Program-made: the position numbers and the translations under genes
DNA from: Candidatus Dojkabacteria bacterium
Lineage (GTDB): Bacteria > Patescibacteriota > Dojkabacteria > B142 > OLB20
Assembly (NCBI GenBank): GCA_035444565.1
Contig: DAOMOX010000001.1
Span: 386,335-450,334 of the forward strand
DNA length: 64,000 nt
Direction of reading: 5' to 3'
Notes under the pieces: generated by a model
Told to the model about the DNA's origin: nothing
The model's input: only the letters and a program-made list of their open reading frames with translations
Database searches by the model: none
Part shown: one piece after another, positions 56,434 to 64,000 of the stretch
Layout of the letters: each line of letters begins with the position of its first letter
Position numbering within the stretch: the first letter of the stretch is position 1

Positions 56434-56742
56434 CATACTCATCTTTGTTTACCATAAATTGAGATTAAACAAAACTTGAGTTATGCTACAATTCCTTAGT
56501 AAGGAAGGGTGTCCAGCCTTCGTCAAGACTTCGGCTGGTAAACTGAGATTGTCCCTCCCTTCGATGAAGGGTGGGGTGAAGCCGAAAGAGTTCAAATAAT
56601 GGAAGGGTCGCATCCCTCTACCCCCTGATAAAGTTAGGGGTTCGAGGGACAAGTAGACTCAAGATAATAAGTAAAACCATTTTGGAAGGGTGTCTGAGTT
56701 TGCCCCGCCTTGGCGGGGTGAAGTCGAAAGAGTTTAAATATT

Positions 56743-56829
56743 GGAAGGGTCGCATAGTGGTCTAGTGCCCCGCTCTCGAAAAGCGGTATCGGGGAAACCT
56801 GATCGTGGGTTCAAATCCCACCCCTTCCG
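56743..56829 (+). tRNA. tRNA-Ser (anticodon CGA), class II with long variable arm
   Basis: Hand-folded cloverleaf. Acceptor GGAAGGG/CCCTTCC, discriminator G73, 3-bp D-stem GCA/TGC. Anticodon stem CCGCT/AGCGG with loop CU-CGA-AA. About 18-nt variable arm. T-arm GTGGG-TTCAAAT-CCCAC. No encoded CCA. Confidence 0.85.
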
Positions 56830-57070
56830 AGACTGTTGATGAATCGAACTAAGCGATGATGAAGCATACAGTCGTTGGGAACGGCCTTGCGCTGTTTCGC
56901 CACGATTAGATTCCGCAGAGCAAAACAAAACGTGGGCGGGAACAACCTGGCGCTGTTCCGTTCTACTTCGCTGAAGCTTCGTAGAGCATAGCTATTCTCT
57001 ATAAGTACAAGTTATATAATCCCCCTAGAAGTAATTTGAAAAATAAGATAAAGTTATCGAGAGGTGCTAT

Positions 57071-57388
57071 GTGAATAATTATTTGCTTTTTGATTTTACC
57101 AATATGAGTGTCATCAATCATTTCAAACCTAACAAAACCAGGATTAAAATTTTCTTAATAGTTTTTTTACTGTTTATTTTTCTCAATATCCTAATAATTT
57201 ATAGATTTGGTCCTTTCTGGGATAGGCCTTTATCTATCGGTTATCCGGTAGATATTTATAAGTTGGGTTGTGGGATGTCTCCATTGTTAACAGGTGCGGT
57301 ATGTCTAACTGGTTTCAGTGCTCTAGGCTTACTAATCAACGTGATTTTTTGGTATCTAGTCTCTACATTTATTAAGAGAAGCAAATAA
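57071..57388 (+). CDS. small hypothetical membrane protein
   Basis: 105 aa with 2-3 hydrophobic helices. First gene after the tRNA island. Confidence 0.4.
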   Translation: MNNYLLFDFTNMSVINHFKPNKTRIKIFLIVFLLFIFLNILIIYRFGPFWDRPLSIGYPVDIYKLGCGMSPLLTGAVCLTGFSALGLLINVIFWYLVSTFIKRSK

Positions 57389-57437
57389 ACGCTAAAAAAA
57401 TTGTATAGTTAACTAAATAGTTATTTTTTGGAATATT

Positions 57438-58088
57438 ATGATAAAACTACTATTTTTCACCACAAAACTGCTTATATTAGTATTTTTTATATATATAATT
57501 TCACATATTACTTCCTGGTTCTCTCCACGCAGGTACCTGGGTGATCCTACATGGTGGATCCTCATCTATCGTATTATTTCTTCTTTCTATTGTTTAAATA
57601 TAGGTTTAATTATCTTGAAAAAACTGAGCCCAGATCTGAGGAAACAGAAGATCATAATCATGATAATCATATTCTTACTTACAATCTTCATATTTGATTG
57701 GCAAAGACTTGTTGACCGAACCATAAATGACAGAACCGAAATTGTTGAAGAAACAAGTACTCAGATTCTTTGCTCTAAAGAAAAATTAGGCAACAGAAGG
57801 ATATGTGATAGCAAAACAGATATAGAGACAGTATTTTTAGAGGATTCTGATACTTTAGTAATTAGATATTTTTTCCTAAACGATATTATGCCCGAACTTG
57901 AATCAATATGGGGTAGAAAACCCATGGAAATCAGACTAAAAGAGATTACTGTTTCTGGGAGTATTGGTTCTCCACCATGGCAATTGGTCGAAATAAAAAT
58001 TGATTTTAAAGAAGATGTCGTCTTGGATGAAACTGAAATCTATGTTGAGCATATATTAATGGGGGGATATGAGATTCCAATTGAGTAA
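57438..58088 (+). CDS. hypothetical membrane protein
   Basis: 216 aa. Three N-terminal TM segments, then a soluble domain. Confidence 0.45.
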   Translation: MIKLLFFTTKLLILVFFIYIISHITSWFSPRRYLGDPTWWILIYRIISSFYCLNIGLIILKKLSPDLRKQKIIIMIIIFLLTIFIFDWQRLVDRTINDRTEIVEETSTQILCSKEKLGNRRICDSKTDIETVFLEDSDTLVIRYFFLNDIMPELESIWGRKPMEIRLKEITVSGSIGSPPWQLVEIKIDFKEDVVLDETEIYVEHILMGGYEIPIE

Positions 58089-58152
58089 TTGGTTATCCTT
58101 TTTCTAAAATTGTTGTTATAATTTTCATAAGTGACTTGTTATTCACAAAACC

Positions 58153-59298
58153 TTGAATAAACTCAAGACAATCTTTAAATCCATTCATATACCATATCTA
58201 TCAAGTATTATACTTAACCTCATTATTAGTTATTCTTTATATATTGTTATCTCGGTATCGTCATCTGCTGGAACAAGTCCATTTCCTCGAGCAGTCGAAT
58301 CCCAATATCTCCCTATTTACGGGTTGATTCTCTCATTTATTAATCCGATGTATATAGTTACTTACATTTACATGATTAAGAATCATAAGAATTTAGAGAA
58401 TAGTGCATTTTATGGATTAAATATTGTTCAGATTAGTATTTATTTCTCAACATTAATTACGATTGCAATTCAGTTGCTTATTTATCTTGAAACATATTGG
58501 AATCAATATTTTCCTATTAATATGTTGACTAATCTGACAACTCTGGCAACCATTAACTTGGATTTGGCTTTGAGATCCTCTGCCTATGTCTATTCATTAA
58601 TGAATATTCAAGATGGCCCTATTATTATGTCTTCTTTGGGACTCGCTCTAATCACAATTTTTGCACCCATTTTCTTTATTTTCTATGGTTTGGTATTTTA
58701 CCTTAGACATAGGAAATATAAAGTTCAATCTGAATCGCAGCAAAGGTTATTCAAGATAATTTCTATCCTTGTTTCGTTAAATTTGATTATTATATTCGGA
58801 ATTATTCTGTTTAATAGCATTAATAAAAACGGACAGTTCCATAAGGCCATTGACAAAGGGGATGTTTCTGCTTGTGAGAAATTATTCAATCAAGACTTGA
58901 GAGAGAAATGTGTTAGCGAGTATGTATTGGATAAACCATACTTCCATGAATGCAATTCCATATCGGACACTATGAGTTTGTATGATTATTGTATAGAGGA
59001 GGTATCAAAGATAAGTAATGATTGGAAAGGGTGTTATGAATTAAACGAGAATCAAAGAGTGAAAGAATGTATTAATGATATTGCTATAAGAAATAACTAT
59101 TTTCTCGATACTGAAGTCTGTGATGCGATGGCTCCAGACGAAGATGACATATATTTTAGGATGGGAGAAACAATAGCTTGTTATGCCAAGATTGCTTATA
59201 TTAAGAAAGATCATTCATTATGCAATGAGCTGAAGGGGTACGATGCTAGGGCATGTTATGATGAATACTTGTCATTATGGGAGGAGGATAATCTTTAG
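58153..59298 (+). CDS. polytopic membrane protein with C-terminal Cys-rich extracytoplasmic domain (paralog 1)
   Basis: N-terminal ~220 aa with about 6 TM. C-terminal ~160 aa has 13 Cys. 'CYAKIAYIKKDHSLCNELKGYDARACYDEY' is conserved in paralog 2. Confidence 0.6.
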   Translation: MNKLKTIFKSIHIPYLSSIILNLIISYSLYIVISVSSSAGTSPFPRAVESQYLPIYGLILSFINPMYIVTYIYMIKNHKNLENSAFYGLNIVQISIYFSTLITIAIQLLIYLETYWNQYFPINMLTNLTTLATINLDLALRSSAYVYSLMNIQDGPIIMSSLGLALITIFAPIFFIFYGLVFYLRHRKYKVQSESQQRLFKIISILVSLNLIIIFGIILFNSINKNGQFHKAIDKGDVSACEKLFNQDLREKCVSEYVLDKPYFHECNSISDTMSLYDYCIEEVSKISNDWKGCYELNENQRVKECINDIAIRNNYFLDTEVCDAMAPDEDDIYFRMGETIACYAKIAYIKKDHSLCNELKGYDARACYDEYLSLWEEDNL

Positions 59299-59385
59299 TG
59301 GGCGATTCCTAAATATTTCAATATAATTAAGACATTATGATAGATAATTGTTAGAATTTCTTATAACTAATACAACTTCTACGTA

Positions 59386-60528
59386 GTGAACAGACTAAAA
59401 AGAATCCTCTCATCAATCAAAACCCCATATATTTTAAGTGTTCTCCCAAATTTATTAATAACTATCTTTTTCTGGTTTATGGTTAGTTTCTTCGGAGATA
59501 CTGCCACTACAACTATTTCTGACTTCTTGTTATTACCCTTATTCCTACTGGGAGGTACAATTCTCACAATTATAAATCCAATGTACTTAGTAACATATTT
59601 ATATATGAGAAGAAATCACAAAAGATTTGATAATAGTGTGTACTATGGATTTAATATAGTTTTACTGAGTTTGTTTTTTTCTGCCCTTATTACTGTATTT
59701 GTTGAGTTAATTCAGGTCACTAAATTATTCCTCGACTATACAATAATTGAGAATTTCCTTAATAATCCCACTAGTTGGTTTCTTCTGGGAACGGATCTGA
59801 CTGTTAGGAATATGCTCTACACCAATTTTATGCTAGATATGTTTTCCGGAATAGCTGATTCTGAATGGCTCCTCGGTCTTATGGCACTAACATATTTATT
59901 ACCACTGTTCTTTATACTTTACGGATTTGTATATATTGTAAGACATTTCAAATTTCGAGTCTTTAATCAAGGGCAAAAGAGATTATCAATTGCATTGGTA
60001 ATTCTACTTTCTTTGACTTCCGTTTTATTAATAATGACTCCTATAATACATTCAAAATATTTAGATGGCATGGTTTCAAAGGCTATAAATATGAACGATA
60101 TAAAGTTTTGTAGAGATATGAATGATTATGAGATGACCAGAGAATGCATAGTAAAATATTCTTCAGAGAACAAAAGTTTTGTAGCATGTAATGCATTGTC
60201 TGATAATTACATTGAAATGAGGGCTTGTATTGATGAGGTTTCAATACACTCCAAGGACTGGAGGGAATGTTATTCATTAAAAGAAGATGTGCAAAAGTGT
60301 ATATACGATGTTGCTCGCAGAAATGATTACTTCTTGGATATAGAAATTTGTAATGTATTAACATTAGACGAAGAGAACCCAAATTCGGGGGGATATTATT
60401 CAGCGATGTGTTATGCGAAAATCGGATATGAAACGAAAGACTTCGGATTATGTAGTAGATTACAAACAGAAGCAGATTACGAAACTTGCATTCGAGAGTT
60501 GGATTCGTTGAGACGATATAATTACTAA
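59386..60528 (+). CDS. polytopic membrane protein with C-terminal Cys-rich extracytoplasmic domain (paralog 2)
   Basis: Co-linear with 58153-59298 ('MNRLKRILSSIKTPYILSVLPNLLIT' vs 'MNKLKTIFKSIHIPYLSSIILNLIIS'). Conserved Cys spacing, including 'CYAKIGYETKDFGLCSRLQTEADYETCIRE'. Confidence 0.6.
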   Translation: MNRLKRILSSIKTPYILSVLPNLLITIFFWFMVSFFGDTATTTISDFLLLPLFLLGGTILTIINPMYLVTYLYMRRNHKRFDNSVYYGFNIVLLSLFFSALITVFVELIQVTKLFLDYTIIENFLNNPTSWFLLGTDLTVRNMLYTNFMLDMFSGIADSEWLLGLMALTYLLPLFFILYGFVYIVRHFKFRVFNQGQKRLSIALVILLSLTSVLLIMTPIIHSKYLDGMVSKAINMNDIKFCRDMNDYEMTRECIVKYSSENKSFVACNALSDNYIEMRACIDEVSIHSKDWRECYSLKEDVQKCIYDVARRNDYFLDIEICNVLTLDEENPNSGGYYSAMCYAKIGYETKDFGLCSRLQTEADYETCIRELDSLRRYNY

Positions 60529-60582
60529 GTTAGGGAATATATAAGGTTCGTATTTCTTTCAAAAGAAACTATAATTAAACAA

Positions 60583-61038
60583 ATGAAATTCCAGACTCTC
60601 ACTCAAAACTACTATGAAGAATCAGTACAGCTACTGTTAGACTTGGAATTAGATACGCGAGAGGAAATTGAACACCACCTTGTTGATATGGATGCACATC
60701 TGATTTGTCTGGATGGCGATACGGTTGTGGGGATAGTTGGGTGGTACAAGGATAACGTGAATTATGCAAACGAAGCCATGGGAGATTTGTTTCCTGGAGA
60801 AGAAGCATTTTGGGTCGGATTCTTCGGTGTTAAATGTGAATATCAAAATAAAGGAATTGGAACTCAACTCCTCTCAAGGATGGAAGAAAATATAAGAGAA
60901 AGAGGTGCTAATGAATGGTGGGTTTCTTCGGTCCCCGAAGCGAAAGAATTCTATGAAAAGAAAGGGTTTCCCGTTGTTTGTATTGGGGAGATTAGTGGAA
61001 ATAAGAAGTTTTTTATGAGGAAGAAGTTATCTGATTAA
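60583..61038 (+). CDS. GNAT-family N-acetyltransferase
   Basis: 'FGVKCEYQNKGIGTQLLSRMEENIRE' and '...AKEFYEKKGF'. Confidence 0.7.
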   Translation: MKFQTLTQNYYEESVQLLLDLELDTREEIEHHLVDMDAHLICLDGDTVVGIVGWYKDNVNYANEAMGDLFPGEEAFWVGFFGVKCEYQNKGIGTQLLSRMEENIRERGANEWWVSSVPEAKEFYEKKGFPVVCIGEISGNKKFFMRKKLSD

Positions 61039-61094
61039 TTTATTCAAAATCACTCAGAATATACACATAAATTATTAGTATATTAATTATTGTT

Positions 61095-61763
61095 ATGATT
61101 ACTTTTGATCACCTATTTATAATCCTTAAACCGACTATCATTGTAGTGTGCCTTTTTCTAATTTTTTCAGTTGTATTCTATCTGATTAAGAAATGGGTTA
61201 GGGTTTTGATTCTAGGAAGAAAATTTAAATTCCAAAATCAATATTCAACGGATAGACAAATGCTAGATAGACTTACAGATTTATCACCAAGTGAGTTTGA
61301 GGGTTATATTGGAAATCTGTACAGGAAACTTGGTTATGATATAAAAGTAGTTGGAGGTAGAAGTGATGGAGGTATAGATGTTATTGCAGATAAAGATGGG
61401 GTTCGATCCTATATACAATGTAAGCGTTATAAAACTAGCACGGTCTCAGTTCACGATGTGAGAGATTTCTACGGTGCTTTGGTAAACAAATTAACTAATA
61501 GCAAAGGTGTTTTCGTAACCACAAATATCTTTTCAAAAGAAGCAGAACTATTTTCTGAAGGGAAGCCGATTGAATTGCTAGATGGTTTCAAATTAATAAA
61601 ACTGATCAAGTTAACGGAAAGTAATAAAAAGGTAGTTATTCCTAAAGTAACACAATCTGTATGTCCAAAATGTGGTAGTAGTTTAATATTAAAAAGTGGT
61701 AAATACGGGGAATTCTATGGGTGTACAAAATATCCAGAATGTAAGTTTACAAAATCTACTTAG
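61095..61763 (+). CDS. membrane-anchored Mrr-cat-type restriction endonuclease-fold protein with C-terminal topoisomerase-type C4 zinc ribbon
   Basis: N-terminal TM. 'SPSEFEGYIGNLYRKLGYDIKVVGGRSDGGIDVIADKDGVRSYIQCKRYK' is the Mrr_cat (PD-(D/E)xK) pattern. C-terminus 'CPKCGSSLILKSGKYGEFYGCTKYPECKF'. Confidence 0.7.
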   Translation: MITFDHLFIILKPTIIVVCLFLIFSVVFYLIKKWVRVLILGRKFKFQNQYSTDRQMLDRLTDLSPSEFEGYIGNLYRKLGYDIKVVGGRSDGGIDVIADKDGVRSYIQCKRYKTSTVSVHDVRDFYGALVNKLTNSKGVFVTTNIFSKEAELFSEGKPIELLDGFKLIKLIKLTESNKKVVIPKVTQSVCPKCGSSLILKSGKYGEFYGCTKYPECKFTKST

Positions 61764-61766
61764 TAA

Positions 61767-62123
61767 CTAGCTTATAGTGCTACCCACCATAACTGCATCA
61801 GTAACATTTTCATTTTCATCAAAACTAACCTCCCAAGTTCCAGAATCCCCCGCAGTGGGGTCAGGAAAACAACCGAAGAAAATTTTAAATTTGAATTTAT
61901 CTAGCTTTGTCACGTTTATCACATAGGGATCGGGGTTTCCGAATGAAATTACCGACGTATCTGTTTGTTCACCTTCCAAAATCTCATCAATCGTTTTTCC
62001 TTCCTCGACTTCCTCCAAGAAACATTGGACAGCTAATATCCCATCATCTTCTGTGACAAATTTCAAAAAGTTTAGAAATTGTTTCTCTGTGAGAGGGAAG
62101 ATGGTTTTTCTTCTATTTGTCAT
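61767..62123 (-). CDS. hypothetical protein
   Basis: 118-aa ORF filling the gap between flanking genes. No motif. Confidence 0.4.
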   Translation of the reverse strand: MTNRRKTIFPLTEKQFLNFLKFVTEDDGILAVQCFLEEVEEGKTIDEILEGEQTDTSVISFGNPDPYVINVTKLDKFKFKIFFGCFPDPTAGDSGTWEVSFDENENVTDAVMVGSTIS

Positions 62124-62189
62124 GAAAAGTGATTAGTATAATTATTAACGAAGTTTGTTATACAATAATATATCTTTGAGAAATAAGGA

Positions 62190-62822
62190 ATGAAAGACAG
62201 GAAATTTACACACATTTTCTTCGATGTTGGAGGAGTAGTGATACTAGATTTCTCCGGAAACAACAAATGGGAAGAAATGCTGCAATCTATGGGCGTTGAT
62301 GATGAGAACAAGGAGAGATTTCTTGAAGTTTGGAACAAACATAAACCCAGAAGATGCATCGACTTTGATGTGGATTCGATGATTGATGAGTTCCGCAATC
62401 ATGTGGGATTAGAATTATCTGAAGATTTCTCTTTTCTTGACGAGTTTGTAAATCGCTTTGACCCCAATCCATCAATTTGGCCAGTTCTAGATTACACTCA
62501 ACAACACTATAAGGTTGGACTAATTACCAATATGTATCCGCGAATGTTAGATAAAATATTCCAACGAAGTGATTTGGTGCCAGATATTTCTTGGGAATGT
62601 ATTATTGATAGCTCGGTCGTTAAATTGCAAAAGCCAAATAGGGAAATATATGAATTTGCTTATAAAAAGATTGGTACAGACAAGGATGATAAGGTCCTTT
62701 TTATAGATAATTCAGAGGAACATTTGGTAGTACCCGAAAAACTAAGATGGGATACATTTCTATATGATCCAACAAATCCAAAAAGTTCAAGTGAAGTGTT
62801 ATTAAATTTAGTTAAACTATAA
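62190..62822 (+). CDS. HAD-superfamily hydrolase
   Basis: Motif I 'HIFFDVGGVV'. Later 'GLITNMY' and 'LFIDNSEEH' correspond to the HAD motifs II-IV region. Confidence 0.65.
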   Translation: MKDRKFTHIFFDVGGVVILDFSGNNKWEEMLQSMGVDDENKERFLEVWNKHKPRRCIDFDVDSMIDEFRNHVGLELSEDFSFLDEFVNRFDPNPSIWPVLDYTQQHYKVGLITNMYPRMLDKIFQRSDLVPDISWECIIDSSVVKLQKPNREIYEFAYKKIGTDKDDKVLFIDNSEEHLVVPEKLRWDTFLYDPTNPKSSSEVLLNLVKL

Positions 62823-62920
62823 TTAATATGTCAGACGCACAAATTGGGTTTCTCATTGCACTTTTTGCATGTATTGTCGGAGGAGCGTGGGTAGTCAAAA
62901 AGAAGAATTAACAATTTTAA

Positions 62921-63583
62921 TCAAAGAACTTTTTTTATCTCATTCCAATTCTTGAGCTGGATAGGGAATTCTTCTTTCAATTCTTCCGAAGTCTCCTCTG
63001 CTATAAACAAAATCGGCAATCCAACTGCTCCAAAAATTGGTACATCCGAGTCACCATCTCCAATAGCAGCACATTCTGTCGGTTTGATTCCTGTTTTATC
63101 ACAAAACTCCATCAAGAAGTCCAATTTTTCTTCGCCCCGACTAAGTTTGTAATCGAAATCTATTAAATAACCCGAATCATCAAACCTAAATTTAGTGGAT
63201 GAGTAAAAATTATTAATCTCTAGTTTTTTAGCGGAAACTTCAACGAAAATATCAATCGCCCCAGAAATTATGCATAAAGTGTACTTTCCCCTCAAATAAC
63301 AAACTGCATCAACTGCTCCATTCCTAAATTTCACATTATTGAATATTTCCCTGATGTCATTGATATGTGTTCTTCCCGTCTTCATCCAAAGTTGAATCAA
63401 AGCTTTTTTTGCTTCTTCGTATTCTAATTTCTCGCTTTTATAATTTTCGTAAATCTGTGTATGTGTATGTTTGTCTGCCCCAATCAGCTCAGTGAACTGA
63501 AGCCATGAAGCTTCGTCCGTCGTTAAAGTTTGATCTAAATCTAGAATTATTACTTTAATATTTTCCATCTTGTGAATAAACAT
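62921..63583 (-). CDS. HAD-superfamily phosphatase (phosphoserine phosphatase-like)
   Basis: Motif I 'ILDLDQTLT' and motif IV 'AIGDGDSDVPIFGAVG'. Alternative start at MENIK (63568). Confidence 0.75.
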   Translation of the reverse strand: MFIHKMENIKVIILDLDQTLTTDEASWLQFTELIGADKHTHTQIYENYKSEKLEYEEAKKALIQLWMKTGRTHINDIREIFNNVKFRNGAVDAVCYLRGKYTLCIISGAIDIFVEVSAKKLEINNFYSSTKFRFDDSGYLIDFDYKLSRGEEKLDFLMEFCDKTGIKPTECAAIGDGDSDVPIFGAVGLPILFIAEETSEELKEEFPIQLKNWNEIKKVL

Positions 63584-63719
63584 TGGATTATTATCTCATG
63601 TACTATGCAAAAAAATCGTATTCAACTATTTTATTAATATACCCAAATCGCATTTCCGCAATACATTTACCCTCGAATAAGGTATACTCTATTTACTTTT
63701 ACAATTTAATTCAATTAAA

Positions 63720-64000
63720 TGCCAGATTTTAGACAAAAAAATTATTCAGGTGGAAATAGAAACTTCAGAGGTGATAGAGGAAATTTCCGTGACCGAGACA
63801 GAGGTAACCGCAACTACAACGATCGTGACGGAAACAAAGAAATGTTTGATGCAGTTTGTGATAATTGTGGAAGAAATTGCCAAGTGCCTTTTCAGCCTAC
63901 AAGCGGAAAACCAATTTTCTGCAGTGATTGTTTCAGAGATAAACGAGATGGTGATGAAAGACCTTCAAGAGGGAATTTCAATGCTCCTCAATCTTCATCC
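63720..64000 (+). CDS. small protein with Arg/Gly/Asn/Asp-rich N-terminus and C4 zinc-ribbon (3' partial, runs off window end)
   Basis: 'MPDFRQKNYSGGNRNFRGDRGNFRDRDRGNRNYNDRDGN' then 'CDNCGRNCQVPFQPTSGKPIFCSDCF'. Not in the ORF track because no stop occurs before position 64000. Confidence 0.55.

Noticed and set aside
56449-56928. Two minus-strand ORFs (56449-56652, 56734-56928)
   Set aside because: They lie across the GC-rich structured RNA island and directly antisense to the tRNA-Ser. These are GC-driven open frames, not genes.
56830-57000. Possible 5S rRNA, tmRNA, RNase P or SRP RNA in the GC-rich stretch
   Set aside because: No conserved blocks of these RNAs could be found on either strand. 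This was checked by eye. The blocks looked for were the 5S 'CCGAAC...GAGAGTAGGGAAC', tmRNA tRNA-like ends, RNase P 'GAAAGUCC...ACAGAA' and the SRP domain IV. Only a direct repeat remains, which is reported as a finding.
1-64000. Alternative genetic code (UGA=Gly, code 25) as in some CPR-related lineages
   Set aside because: The standard-code six-frame track already yields long intact orthologues (acs, serS, dnaJ, infB, gltX). There are no in-frame UGA-split fragments, so there is no evidence of recoding.
1-64000. Integrase, transposase or prophage genes flanking the tRNA-Ser
   Set aside because: No tyrosine or serine recombinase, DDE transposase or phage structural motifs were recognised in any frame. 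The island hypothesis rests only on the tRNA fragments and gene content.

Overview
AT-rich, gene-dense bacterial chromosomal segment. Long uninterrupted ORFs in the standard code (no UGA recoding signal) cover about 90% of both strands. The gene content suggests a small-genome, possibly episymbiotic, uncultivated bacterium of the CPR/Patescibacteria type; this is inference only. That content is an archaeal-type adenylate kinase, a TrmB-family regulator, a short IF-2, a TsaC-TsaE fusion, and many membrane-anchored extracellular proteins.

Confident housekeeping calls: ftsK (5' partial), comM/yifB-like ATPase, def, hup, tsaC-tsaE fusion plus tsaD, serS, acs, dnaJ, infB, rhomboid protease, trmD, gltX, pcm, and NUDIX, GNAT, HAD, MFS, EamA and AEC family proteins. 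serS carries an upstream T-box-like leader and terminator. One class-II tRNA-Ser(CGA) sits in a GC-rich island that also contains repeated 5' tRNA fragments.

Accessory and novel-looking content:
1. An ECF sigma factor is immediately followed (3-nt gap) by a 1773-aa protein with an anti-sigma-like N-terminus and one TM. Its large extracytoplasmic region is alpha-2-macroglobulin-like, has multiple MG domains and contains no cysteine at all.
2. A 1380-aa parallel beta-helix protein carries Pro/Thr tandem repeats and a C-terminal dockerin-like tandem Ca-binding repeat. It sits next to two of three paralogous ~205-aa secreted proteins with C-terminal anchors, which are candidate cohesin-like partners.
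3. A membrane-anchored MurF-like ligase is translationally coupled to a FemAB-family gene.
4. Two tandem paralogous polytopic membrane proteins have Cys-rich C-terminal domains and lie downstream of the tRNA island.

No transposase, integrase or CRISPR array was recognised.
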